NCBI GenBank assembly: GCA_964234715.1
Contig: OZ174287.1
From: Podarcis melisellensis
Taxonomy: Eukaryota
DNA length: 64,000 nucleotides
Direction: 5' to 3' (one strand)
Positions 37,656-50,846 of the stretch are shown here, piece by piece; the first letter of the stretch is position 1, and each line of letters opens with the position of its first letter. The notes under the pieces were generated by a model, which searched no databases, was not told where the DNA came from, and was given only the letters and a program-made list of their open reading frames with translations. Position numbers and translations under genes: made by a program.

Positions 37656-38647
37656 TCAAATGAGTACTGTTCATATGACGACTGGCAGCTGAATGGGTGA
37701 ACTGATCCCATTTGAAAAAAACACTGTGATGTGAAAAGTTATCTGTGTCATTATTTCTGCAATACTGTATTTACACATACATAAAAGTTAGCCGGTTATA
37801 TCGTTTCCATCTAGTTGATATATGTTCATGTGTGAAACAGCCCCAAGACAGGACTTTGTAGCCTGTTTCTTCTACTCTCTATTTGGCACAGTTGCTTTGC
37901 TAGGCTCTTCCAACACTCGTGTTAGGACCATGGCAACATACCGTACACTACAAAGTAAAAGAATCAAGGTTCAACATTAAGGCATTTCAAGCTTGCCCCA
38001 AGAAATGCTGAAATTCCTATAACCAGTGTATGTTAAACTGCCAGAAAATGCAGTTATCAGCACCAAAAACTGGGAAGATTTGAGATATTATAGTCAAATG
38101 AGGACAAATGTGCATTTTGCAAGGAAATATGAAAGCAGGATTTTTTATTTTTTTCTGAGAAAGTAATTTCAGTTCTAATCTACTCTTGAGAGTAGATTAA
38201 GGTGGGGAAAATTACACCCAACCTGCTTTATTCAGTCAGTTAAAAGTCAAAATGAAAGAAGAATGACTTGACAAAGCTTCCAAAAGTCACAGGAGGCAAC
38301 TGCTTGGAGTGTTCTATTTCATAACCTCAAGCTGCCAGTGACCAGCTCGCGTGCTCCTGCAATGTGCCAAGCTATTAGCCCCATGCTACAAGCAGCTGCT
38401 TGAAGTTCAGCATTCTCAATTGGCACCTTCCAAAGCCCAGCTGCCAGAGTTCTCCAAGCTGCCACACAGACGACTGTCACACCAAAGGTGATGACGATAC
38501 CAGACTGTCATCCTTGGAGCTTGGACTTGGTTAGAATTTAACATTTGGGGGCCCAGAGCTGAACACCGAGAAGTGCTTTCTACAGCCAAGGCATTGCAAA
38601 ATTGGTAAATCGCCCAAATCCAAAATGTAGATTTTCATGGCCTAAGT

Positions 38648-39060
38648 CAGTGGTTTTCAACCAGCGTGCTGTGGCACCCTGGGGTGCCTTGAAAAATTAT
38701 CAGGGGTGCCGCGGGCAGCACTGCCTATGTTGCTCTTTCCTCCCATCCTTCCTCTGATTTTCCTCTTGCTGTTGGAAATGGATAGACAAGTCCCAGGCCA
38801 ATGTGGGGCAGTGTGAGGAGGCACCTCTCTAAGCAGCTTAGAGACCAGCGGTGGCAACAGCAGCTGCTTCGAAGGAGAGGAGAGAGGAGAGGAGGCTGAA
38901 TGAACCCTCCACATGGGACGTGGTTTGAGAAAGGGAGAAAGGCTGCCAGCTCTGCGGGCAAGGGGTGATGTATCTAGGCTCCTGAGCCCCACAAGTGTGC
39001 CGCAGAAAAAAATGTAGTTGGTCAAGGGAGCTGTGGACTCAAAAAGGTTGAAAACCTTTG
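38648..39060. mobile_element. hAT non-autonomous element
   Basis: TIRs cagtggttttcaacc / ggttgaaaacctttg; perfect 8-bp TSD gcctaagt. Confidence 0.92.
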
Positions 39061-41395
39061 GCCTAAGTTTACATCAATTTCCCTCAAATGTTTCAAAATC
39101 TGTAGTTGGCACATGACCTCCGATTATCTTTTGATTCTAATTAGCTTCTTTGGCAACCAATCATCTTATCAGGATAGGCGCTCAGCAACAAACTTTCTTC
39201 TGCTAACCCCCTGAATGTGATGGGTGTTGAGAGCTGAGAACACTGCCCTGAATAGCAAACACCATGAGATTAATCCTTTAAAATGGAGATCAAGTCCATT
39301 CTCTTTTTTCAGTGAGCTATTTTCTATGCAAATGAAGTTCCAAGGATCCTGAGCTTGTTCTGTAATTAGTGTCAAGTTAATTAAAAAAGAAAGCCTTTAA
39401 CAGGTGTTCATTTCACATTTGGTGAAGGGACGTTGAAGCCTGCCCATCACTGCTGCCTGTCTCCCGTACAGATTTGGAAGTGAAAAATGTGGGATGAATT
39501 ATTACTAGAGCAGTCAAGTACAACATTTTCCTGTTGCCTAGAATGGACACACAGGGGAATGTGGCTCCAGACAGGGACGACTTCCTGTCCTACCTGCTCT
39601 GGAGCTTCCTCCCCCTGTGTGTGACCAGGTAGATGGGCATGACCCTAGCTGACCAGATAAAAGGACTGACCATGCAACCATCTCTTTCTTAAAAATTATA
39701 ACTAAAATTGGTCCTCCAAGAGATAAGCAGCTCAGTCCTGTGGCTGGCTTGGGGTTTCCTAACCTGGACAGAACGAAGGACCAGTGGGGAAAGGTCAGTC
39801 TCACACAAACCAAAAGTGAATTCCAGAAACCCAGGCAATACAGCAAAGGATTCTGGGACACTCTCAGAATGCGCAGGATGCTTGGTGAGGTCACCATGAA
39901 CTTGAATGCTTCTTTTAACCAGAAACCAGATTGAATGTTGCTGCCCTAGATAGCTGCTTAGTTTGCAAGTATGATTCTGTGAGCCCTGTCAAAAGTCTGG
40001 AGCAGGACACCCTTTACCTATAGAAAAAAATATATATCTTTGACACTGGCCTACCAAGACTCTTATTTCTTTATCACTATACACAAACAGTGCCAGGTGC
40101 CAGAAATTGCTGTACAAAATACCATGGGAGTGGGTGACAAAATGGCTGCCATGTGGGCATAGCAAGATTCAAAATGGCTGCCATCCAGGTGTGGCATGAC
40201 ACAAAATGGCTGCCCTATCAAAAAAAGAGCAGGGAAAAGGGCAAGATCATGAAAAGGGGTGGAAATTCCCACCCCTCTCCATGAATGAGAAAAAAGACAC
40301 AGACATAAGTCATCACTGTGCTCACTTCACACAGAGAAAGTATTTGTACCTCTACTCTGTTCAGAACAGAAGAAAGTATGCATGCCTAATTCTGGCATTC
40401 AATGAAATGTGGGCATGTCTGGGGTGGGGACTTCTTTAATGTAGAAGAAGCCAAGTCATTGCAAACAGGAACCAAGCAGGAAGAGCAAACAGTCTCTTGT
40501 GCATTGTGGATTGTAGAGGGGGGACTGGCAGACATGCTGGAGCTCAAGGGCTTCAAGTTGGCAGCGCTGTGCAGTCCTTGACCTGAGGAGCTTACAATCC
40601 ACATTTCCACAGTGAGGGAGACAATAGGCAAATGGGAGGGATGGGAGGAAAGAAAGAGACGAGAGCAACTGTATGAACAGCAACAAGGACACTGACTTTT
40701 ATATACTTTGCTTTCATCCCCAACAAAATAAAACCTAAGGGGTTTAGTCAAAGGCAGCAAAGAAGAGAGGAGTTTAGAGGACAGGCTTTAAAAGAAAGAG
40801 GGCGGGCGGGAGGGAGAGGTGGTGGTGGTGGTCATTGAAAGTGTTGGCAGGTAAGGGCAAAAGGGTAAGAGTAAGACAAGCCCACAGTAAGCTTTGATGG
40901 GAGAGACAAAGAGGAGTTTCTGCTGGATTCTTCCCACACAGTGCTTTCCCCCCCAGGAAAAATAGGTGCCGGAACTCACCATGAAGTTGTTACAGTAAGT
41001 TGCAGGGTGACTTGGGGCAGCCCTGAACAGATGCCAGTTTGACAACAGCCGAATTCACCGCCCACAGAGGTGCTAAAAACTACAGCAAAATTGTGAGATC
41101 TTCTGCACTGTGCAAGAGCTCTTGGGAAATCTTCCTGAAAATGGATGCAATATTGCCCTAAATCGGTGCCACTGCTGGCAGATGGGGCGGGGTGCCTGCA
41201 GGACTGCTGAATGGGAGTTTTTGCAGCCTCACCCTGCCTAATGGCCCAGCTCCAAATTCACACACCCAGGTATGTATCATTCTGCCTTTATCCTCACAGC
41301 AACCCTGTGAGGTAGTCGAGGCTGGCAGGTGGTGACTTGCCCAAAGTCCATGTGAGATACATGAGAATATCACTCTGGCCTTCCTGTGTTAGGCC

Positions 41396-41531
41396 CAGGG
41401 CTTTTTCTCAGCCAGAAATCACCGAAACTCAGTTCCAGCACCTCTCTGGTGGGTGCCATTACCATTGTAAGAGAACGAGGGAGACATTCATGGTGAGTTC
41501 CATAACTCTTTTTTCTAGAAAAATAGCACCA
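41396..41531 (+). mobile_element. Short hAT MITE
   Basis: cagggcttttt...ctagaaaaatagcacca; 8-bp flanks gttaggcc / gttaggtc. Confidence 0.85.
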
Positions 41532-41689
41532 GTTAGGTCAAACTCTCTCCCTACTGCCACAGCTCAAGCCTTTTGTATCTCCTATAACCCATTCCCTCCC
41601 ACTCTCCCAGCAGAGGGGAAGAGGTTTCAGTTAAAGAGTTTGTATGACTGCCTTGATAAAGCGCACCTTGATAAATTGGCACTCTAGGC

Positions 41690-41910
41690 TGCAAGCAGGA
41701 AAATGAAATTCAGCAAAGACAAATGTAAAGTATTACATGCTGGAAAAAGCAGACCAAATATATAAATAGGAAACTGGGGGATAGGACGGGTAGGACAGCA
41801 AGGAACTGGCTAGGCTCCAGAATAAGTGAGAAGGATTCAAAGGCTTAGGATTACTCACAAGTTCAGTGTGAAAATCTTGCATTGTAATGCTGCTATGAAA
41901 AATACTGTTG
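41690..41910 (+). mobile_element. Ancient CR1 ORF2 fragment
   Basis: atgaaattcagcaaagacaaatgtaaagtattacatgctgga = MKFSKDKCKVLHAG, resembling the CR1 motif MKFNKDKCKVLHLG. Confidence 0.65.
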
Positions 41911-42122
41911 GGGTTTTGAGGGACAGGGAAGGGAGAAGCTTGGTCGTACGAAAGCCGCCTGTCATACCATTTGACCCATCCAGCCCAGCATGATCTTCTA
42001 CTCTGCCTGACAGTGGCTCTCCCAAGTTCTCACACAGAAGCCCTTCCCAGCCAAGCTACTTGAGATCATTTTTAGTTGGAAATGCCAAGAATGAAACCTA
42101 GGACCTTCTGCATGCACTAAGA

Positions 42123-42369
42123 CAGGGGTGAGCGAACTTTTTCAACAGGGGTACTGTCCCTCAGACCTTGTGGAGGGCTGGACTGTATTTTTTGGGGGGG
42201 GGGAAATGAACAAATTCCAATGCCCCACAAATAACCCAGTGATGCATTTCAAATAAAAGGATATATTCTACTCATGTAAAAACACGCTGATGCCAGGACC
42301 ATCCGCGTGCTGGATTTAGAAGGCGATTGGGCCAGATCTGGCACCCGGACCTTAGTTTGCCTACCCATG
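42123..42369. mobile_element. hAT MITE nested in a minus-strand Squam3-like SINE (about 41945-42385)
   Basis: TIRs caggggtgagcgaact / agtttgcctacccatg; 8-bp flanks cactaaga / cactaagc. Confidence 0.88.
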
Positions 42370-45101
42370 CACTAAGCTATGTCCAGCAGGCAGCAGCCTA
42401 GGATGCCAGAAGTAAAATCATCATTGATAAACTAGACTAAAAACTTTTAGTCTGTTTCTGGTTCCTTACAAGAAAACTTGTCCAGGTAGCAAAATAGGCA
42501 GGTTAGGAATTGTTCATTCTCCTTCAGATTAGAAAAACTCATAACCATTCACTGGAGTAAAAAACAACAACTGAGAAGCAGCATGCTTAAAGATTCTGCA
42601 GCGCATATGAAACTTATGGAACTCATCACCCACAGGATGTCATTACAGGTCCCAGCAGAAGTGGCTTTTTAAAAGAGTAATAGATACATGGAATGCGGGT
42701 CTACTAGAAAGCTACAAGCCTTGATAGCGCCTAAAAGCGTCATCTCTATTTCCGCAGATTTTTGCCCCAGCAGGTGCTGGCAGATAACAACAGAGAACAG
42801 ATATTACCATCATGCACCATTCTCTTCTATGAATTTTCCTTTCCCATCTGGCTGGTCGCTGTCAAACCTGAAGAGGGGCTTTCTCTGACTCAATACTGCA
42901 ATTCTCATGTTCAAACCTGCCTAATCTCAACTATGGCTGAAGCACAGCTGGGGTGTGTCAACTGCACTAGGGATATTTTGACCACTGGTGGTCCCAGGTG
43001 CTGGATTTGGCCCACAAAACAATTTTATCCTAGGCCACCTTACTACATTTTACTTGGAACATGAAAAAAGATTTGCCCACAGTTTCAAGGTGGGAAAAGT
43101 GTTTTGTTTTCAGAGACAATCCCTGTTTCAACATTCTCTCTATGGCTCAAGCTGTATTGCTGCCTGAGGCCTAAAGATGTTGTCTCCTCTCTGTTCCACA
43201 TACAGAAGCTGACTGGACTGGCAGCTGACCATTACTTCAGTAGTTACGAAATAGCATCTTGAGGCAGAGGACTAGCTTGCACAGGAGGGGCAGGACAGCT
43301 CATGTAGCATACATAGCACCGTTCTCCAGTAAGGGGGCAGGAATAGCTGACAGGGGGTTAGGAGGAACAACCAGGGGGTGGTCACCACTGCTCCCAGCAT
43401 CTGCCTGAGATGGTAGCCTCTCTCTACTCAGTGGTGGAGTCAGTTCTGCCCCCTCTCTTTGAATCTTGTATAGAAATCCTAATTGCTAGGTGGTGTTATC
43501 CCTATTATACAACTTATCCATTTCTGAAGGGGTCTGGCTATGTGGCAAAATAACACCATTGTTTGGAAAACAAAGTTATCCCCTTCCTTCCCCTACCACA
43601 GGTCCACCTAGAAGGCCAGGAACAAGAATACAACCTTTTAATGCTTAAATATTAGCGAGGCTATAAACTTTTAAAAGGCTATTTGTTGCCTTTTATAGCT
43701 GAAATAATGTGTTTCTTAAAATCTGGGCCTGAACAAAGCAGTCAGGATTTATTAAAGGTATATTGTAAATACCAGCAAAGCAATGCTACCTCAGCCAAAA
43801 GATCGAATATATGCTATATCTTTCTGCCTGCGACATATGTTCTGTTGTCAGAGACCATTATTAAAGGGGAATAATAACGCTTCAGTTCAATCCAGTGCAA
43901 AGGCAATTCTTTTTTAAATCAATGGAACTTAAGCACGGGTTAACAATGCTTTCAACTGCACCTTTTAATTACACTTTGAAATGCACAAAATGCAATAGGG
44001 CTGGATAGAATTCCTTTAAGCCCAGCTCTGGACTCAATGGGGGGGAAAAGATCTTAGGGGGAGATTCTACAAGTTGGTCTCTTGCTGGTTAGTTCTTGTT
44101 TCCTGGTTAGCTCACCTGCTGAAATACTCTGGCCATATTATGCAATATCATTTCTTATCTGCATGATATTTCACTTCCTTCTTCAGAGAAGCTAGACACT
44201 ATGTGAGGTCCCCCCGCTGCCACCAAATAAACCTCACTCTTTCCTCATTGAAATTGCACTTAGCAATCATTACTCCAGCCCCTCAAAAGCGAAACATAAA
44301 AGTATTCATAAACATTCCGTGACATCACAGGAACTCAGCCAATGGGAAAGGCAGGCTACACTTTTATTCAGATTTTGGAGCTATTTCTCCCTCACAATTC
44401 TTGAGAATGCCAGAGTCAAAATATAGAGAGTGAATGCTTGCCTTCATTAGCTTTAAAAAATCAGAAGCCACTCCCTCTCCCTTCTCCTTGGGCTGTCTTA
44501 TTAATATTTAAGAGCTGGCATGAACAGTTCCTGCTGAACAGGCTTTTTCCATAGCTGAGCTTTGCTTAGGTTTTTACAGCTCAAATACATCTTGCCAAAC
44601 AGAAAAGCTTGCCAATTGACAGTGGCACCAAGAGCCATACCACAGCCTTCCTGAATCACTGCTTGCATTGGCCATTTCCGGCCTCCCCTAGTGATGTTGC
44701 CCAATCCTTGCTGAGTCAACCAGCCACTGCTGCATCTTGCGGCAATGTACTCTGAGCGCTAATTATGCACAAAGACGTAATACTTCTTCCTTTGCCTTTG
44801 ATGAGTCCTGAGCCTGCTGCCAATCAGTTTCGCCAGATGACCCTGAGTTGGGTTCACACGCTGAGAGAAAATAGACTAGGTAACGTTCATAATTTTACAA
44901 ACCTCAAACAACCTTTGCCTCTAATCACCTTTCCTATTATTATAATAAACTGGAAGTCTCAACTTATAAAGCACTCAGCCTGAGGCTCTTCACATTCATC
45001 AGGGCAGGGTGGAACTGCGGACCTAGTCCCTGAGGAACAGCAGCCTCTCTCAAGGAAAGGCATGAAGAGGGCAGTGGTGTTGCATGTGCAAGCAGTAGAC
45101 C

Positions 45102-45196
45102 TTCAGCTGAACACAATCAGAAGCCTTCATGCAACTGGGAACCCTGAGTTGTTAGGGTTCCTGATCATGTGGGCGCTTCTATGTGTGTTCATCTGA
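45102..45196. repeat. Palindromic MITE-like inverted repeat
   Basis: tcagctgaacaca...agaagc...ggaaccct is complementary to agggttcc...gcttct...tgtgttcatctga. Confidence 0.65.
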
Positions 45197-46083
45197 GCAC
45201 ACTGAGAAGCCCCATTCAGCCCTTGCTGTTGGGATGGTGCATGTAGGATAGGAACACTGGAAATGGAGCTGGGACATACACATCTTAGGGAAGGTGTCTA
45301 TAAATGTGAAAGGTTGTCATTTTTGGTTTCTTTCCTGGAACACTGGGTAATGGATAATGCCAATGGATAACGTTTTTAAAAAGTAACAAATAAACCCGGG
45401 GGGGGGGGTGGGAAGCAAAGCAATACTGCAAACAATAAAAAGAGAGTTTTTAAAGAGAGCGGTGCTAAGTAGGCGGCAGCCCATTCTCCGAGCATCATCA
45501 GCTTTATGGCTTCATGGAATATTTGATAATATTTAGCCAGTCAATTGACAAAACTTACCGGCCAATTGACCTATAAGCTTATCCTTGTTTGCATCCAGAC
45601 TTCCTGAGAGCGCCGTGATTTCAGATCGAAGATACTGATATTTTTTAAAAAAACAACTGTGAATAATGCTGTGATTTGCACAACGTTGTGGTTTTATATA
45701 CACTTTGATACCTTGGGAGAGAGTGAACTCAGGTTTGAAGTGACTTCAAGCAGCATATATATACAAGAATAGCCCAACACACACACTCATGATGTGAAAA
45801 TCCATTGATAAAAAACCTTCAGTTTTTCATTCCCTATAATTCAAACAGAAGCTGTAAATCTAAACAGTATCTGAAGGATTTTTTTTTAAAAAAAGAGGTG
45901 ATCTTCCATAGCTCTTTCTAATTTTGGAATAGGTTGTACAGAATTGCTCAGCAGTAGATTGTGCCCCGTATCAATCAGTAAGGATGTGGATGGATTGGTG
46001 CCATTCTGGATTGTATCTCTCAGACACTACTATCTCTTTGGCCAGGAATGTATGACCTAGAAGAAATTCCTTCCTTGATCTCT

Positions 46084-46268
46084 AGGAACATGGGAATAAG
46101 CTTCCTTATACCAAGCTGGACAACTGATCAGACAAGCTCAATACTGTCTACACCGGTTGGTAGCAGCTCTCCAGGGTTTTGCACAGGAGTCATTCCCAGC
46201 CCTGCTTGGAGATGCTTAGGACTGAACCTGCATAAACAGCAGGTGCTCTACCACTGAGTTATGGCCCT
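46084..46268 (-). mobile_element. Squam3-like SINE
   Basis: Ends ctaccactgagttatggccc (reverse A box); body ctgtctacac...ggtagcagctctccagggttt. Confidence 0.7.
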
Positions 46269-48697
46269 TCTTATAAATAATAGCAATCCACGGAGAAAAA
46301 GACTGAAGTCATGCAGCATCAGAGTCCTTATAAATACATCTGGTCTAAAACAGACCTATTTTTGGTACTCTAATCTCCAATGCAAAGTAGATAGGGATAT
46401 CACCATAGGGTTGTCAAGTGACAGAGTGATGCCCCTTCAAAGAGAAAAATAAAATAAAACCATAGTCAATGGTAGCTTTCAATTTTTACCAGATGTTTGG
46501 GCCGTAAGTCATTCTTTCCTGACTAAATCTCTATGGAGCAATCAGTCAAGCTCTGATCGCAAAACCTCTCCATCAAGTCATTCAAAGGGAAAGTTGCTTC
46601 AGGGATGCCTAATCCATGGGACCCAACATCCCGTGTGTAGTTCTAGCAGTCATCAACCACCAGAAGAAAGCTGAGTGGTGTGTGTGTATTTTTATCCTCA
46701 GTGGTCCATTAGAATGAAGAAAGGGGGTGGAAAATAACAATTCTCCTTGAAATGATTTCATGTTTTTCATTCATTCAAAATCAACCCAAAGAAGACCAAC
46801 TGGGAATGCAAATTCATACACACACATGAGCACATGCACAAGGCAGAATACTTACAATGCACTTAAATTAAATTGAGCAAGAAGGGACCAATTTGTAGGA
46901 AACAGAAATGCAGTGTTACCACTATGAAGCGAGCTTACGGCTGAAGCCTTTGCAATAGCCAATAAAGCATAGAGGGTTTTTTTTTTCTTCCTCTTTCCTT
47001 CCTGAAGACTTTCCCCCTTTATTAGTGAATAAGAGAGCCAGGAGCTGAATATCTCCCCAAGGGCCAATAAAGCTGCTCTTCTTGGAAGACCTGAAGACTG
47101 ACTGCGAATTAAAGACTTTGCACGATGTATTACAAGCCTGTGGGTAACATATGGAATCTACTTGGCCTAATCCGCTCTCAAGCTGAGCACAGCATTGATC
47201 TGGAAATTTAACAGGCGATCAATAATTAAGGAGATTGGCTTTCCATTTCCTTTCTTCTCCCCCAGAGCATTACCTACCTGAGGATTTTTGGGAAGCCGTG
47301 GCAGCATTTTCATAATTTTTTTTTTTTGGGGGGGGGAGGGTTTCCATCTCAGCAAAGGACTCACCCACACTTCCTCTTGTCCCATGCCTAGAAAGCACAG
47401 GGCTGAGCAGTTTTCCACTCATCACACGCTTTCTAGGCATAGAGCTGAGTGGTTTTCTCTTTGCCCAGATGCTCTCCATGGGAAAACCTGATCTTTAGAG
47501 CTGAATTGGAACAAGCACCAATCCATGGAAAACGCAATCAACATTTACTCTGATTCAGCGGTAAAGATTGGGTTTCTCCGGTGGAAAGTGTTGGGACAAG
47601 CAGAAGTCTGGATGAGCCCTAAGTTGATCACTCTAAATGGGAAGCACTCAAGCACTCTGAAACCTGATCTCTTAACCTTATTCTCCTTGGGTTCCCTTAG
47701 TATCAGTCATCCTTACCTGCAGATATAAAAGCCAGTTCCCAACACCCTGCCCTTTCTAACATGGCCAAGCCCCAAGATGGTTTATGTAGAGAGAGATTGG
47801 CTGATTTTTCAGTGGCTCCCACTAAGTCATGCCATTGGCCTGCAGCCCTCCAGATGTTGTTGAATTCCAGCACCAGTCATACCAGTCAGCATGACCAATA
47901 GTCAGAGATGTTGGGAGTTGTATTTTCTCATATCAACCCTCCTAATAACAAACTCAGATGATACGTACTGACAGGAATGGTGCCAAAAGAGAACCACAGA
48001 GAAACAGGAGGAAGGTATCAGCATGCTGAGGAAACCCTGAGTTTGGTGTCATAGTCCCACATCAAGAATCCTCAGATATAGCATCTCCTTATGGAGGGTG
48101 GGGAAGGATGCACAGCCTAATCATTCCAGCGTACACCTGCAGGCATAGATGCCTGCATCCTGAACTCAAAGCAGAAACCTCTGCCCAAGGTCTTTGTTAG
48201 GCCCTGGAAGTTCAATAGGGGTGTGGGGGCTGCTGACACAGATCCTATGATGTGTAAACCGAGGTGTACGAAATGCCTCTGTTCACACCCACACCAGGGT
48301 TGTGTTCAGACTGCACACATTCAAGCTTCTTGATGCAATAAGGACAGGCAAACACAATAGAGCTTACCCCTCTTCGTAGGTTAGTGAAACTTGAGCAGTG
48401 CAAACACAGAAGAACTAAACTTTGCCAGTCAATGCAAACCGCTTACAGCCACAGTTCAAATATTGGCATTTGTTTCATATTTCCATTTTTTAATAATAAA
48501 AAAATGTGTTTCATCCACTGCCAGCCCTACCCAGAGTAAATCCATCAACATTAATGAACTTAAGTCAATCATGTCTGCTAACTTCAATAGGTTTCCTTTG
48601 AGGAGGACTAGCACTGGACACAGTCTTATTTTACTTTTTATACCTAAAGTTAAGGCCACTTTACACTTTATTGTAGAGTAGTTGTTTTTACTGGTTG

Positions 48698-48851
48698 NNN
48701 NNNNNNNNNNNNNNNNNNNNNNNNNNNNNNNNNNNNNNNNNNNNNNNNNNNNNNNNNNNNNNNNNNNNNNNNNNNNNNNNNNNNNNNNNNNNNNNNNNNN
48801 NNNNNNNNNNNNNNNNNNNNNNNNNNNNNNNNNNNNNNNNNNNNNNNNNNN
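48698..48851. other. Assembly gap (154 N)
   Basis: Run of N. Confidence 1.
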
Positions 48852-49514
48852 CTAATCACCAATCTCAAAAATTAGAACTGGATCCCAAATGGGTGCGTGA
48901 GGCAGGCTTGAGCCCTAAAAAGCTGTGAGGACAAACTAAAATTATAAAGTATAGGCTAATTTCCCTGCTTTGCATAAGTCATCCCAAATTGAGAATGAAG
49001 ATTTGCAGCTCCAAGAAGAGGAGGATTCAACCCTGCAAAAACCTCCTCGGCAGTCGTTTTTCTTGTCAGCTATGCTCCCGATTATGGCTCAGCTCCCTAA
49101 TCCCAAATCTCCCATCAATTTATGCTAAAAATAAATCAGCTCTAAGTACTGACCCAACAAGTTACTGCGAGTCAATTATGTTTTCGCTGATGACAGATTG
49201 AGTCTCCCTCTATTCTCCGTTCTGGCTCCTGTGCCGGCAAGCGATTGCTTTGCCCGCTCCAGCTCTCTTTACAAGAAGCGGGGGAGAGAAGCGGGACTCC
49301 ATTAGCCACCAAGCGATGTACCAGGGAAGCATTACGCTGATTAAATAATTGCAATAATAATAGCTCATGCACGTAAGGCAATGTTTAAGATGGCAAAAGG
49401 TTGCTGCGTTGCTTTTCCCAAGTTGCAACAAGCCTTCAAGGAACCACATCTTCACAGTCAAGGCTTAATTTGACCCAGGCTGCCTTTACTCTAATGTTAA
49501 GGGCTCAGCTGGTT

Positions 49515-49883
49515 GGGGCGCGGATGGCGCTGTGGTCTAAACCACTGAGCCTAGGGCTTGCCGATCAGAAGGTCGGCGGTTCGAATCCCCACAACGGGGT
49601 GAGCTCCCGTTGCTCGGTCCCAGCTCTTGCCAACCTAGCAGTTTGAAAGCATGTCAAAGTGCAAGTAGATAAATAGGTTCCGCTCCAGTGGAAAGGTAAA
49701 CGGCGTTTCCGTGCACTGCTCTGGTTTCGCCAGAAGCAGCTTCGTTATGCTGGCCACATGACCCGGAAAAACTGTCTGCAGACCAACATCAGCTCCCTCG
49801 GGCAGTAAAGTGAGATGAGCACCGCAACCCCAGAGTTGTTCGCAACTGGACTTAACTGTCAGGGGTCCTTTACCTTTACCTTT
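49515..49883 (+). mobile_element. Sauria SINE, full length
   Basis: tRNA head (tggcgctgtggt A box, ggttcgaatccc B box), gtgcaagtagataaatagg core and (ACCTTT)n tail; decayed TSD aagggctcagctggtt / aagggttcagccagtt. Confidence 0.93.
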
Positions 49884-50499
49884 AAGGGTTCAGCCAGTTG
49901 GTATGCATGTATATATGTTGGTGGTGGGGGTGGATTTGCATAAAAGGGCCAGGAAAAGCAGAAAGGCAGAAAGAGCTTGGGCCTACAGACTATACACTGG
50001 ATGGGTCCCACAGGAAATAATCAAACACAGTAATAATGCACAGACCTCACTTCCTTCAAAAGCCACCATTTGGGCGTCAGGACCATGGCATAGGGGGCAT
50101 AAGTTGCTTTACTCCACCATCTCTATGGAACAATGGCCTATTTGCCAGATAATGGCTGCCACCCAAATGGTCCAAATTGAAACAGGAAGCACCAAACTGC
50201 ACAGGGACTGGGTTCCCTGTGGGCTTGGACCTGCCAATCTCCACCACCAGGATAGCACCCAAAGCAGGATATAGCGTGGTAAAAAAAACCCAACCAGCCC
50301 ACACATCCCTGTGGCAAGACACGCAAACGTTTCAAGATTAAAATCAGTATGTGTTATGTCCTTGATCTATAAAAAGATGTCACTAATTGTTGTGTTCTTG
50401 TTTTTAAATAAAAGTTTAAGTGGTTTAATCGTGTGTCTTCATCTGTGAATCAGGATTCTAATTAATTAGTGAATCAGGATTCTAATTAATGGAGACAGT

Positions 50500-50697
50500 G
50501 GTCACATCCCCACAATACATTTGAAGTGCAATTATACCACTTTAACAGGCATGGAGAACCCTGGGAACTGTTTGTTAAGGGTGCTGACCTTACAGAACTA
50601 CAGTTCCCAGCACCCTTAACAAACCACAGTCCCCAGGGTTCTCCAAGACTATTAAAGCAGTATAATAGTGCCTTAAATGTAAGGTGTGGATATTACC
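50500..50697. mobile_element. Palindromic MITE, PIF/Harbinger-like
   Basis: Whole element folds back, including a perfect 16-bp tttgttaagggtgctg / cagcacccttaacaaa; 3-bp direct flank agt on both sides. Confidence 0.7.
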
Positions 50698-50846
50698 AGT
50701 GTCCAAGCTGAACCAAGTGCCTTAAGGCAGCCATGAGGAACCAGTATCCCTCTATGTTGCTGTACTACAACTCCCTTCACCCCTCGCAACTGGCCATGCC
50801 AGCTGGGGCAGAGGGGAGGGGTTCACCATCCCAGATCTGAAGGAAG

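Noticed and set aside
49515-49600. tRNA gene
   Set aside because: The A/B boxes belong to the Sauria SINE head; no full cloverleaf seen.
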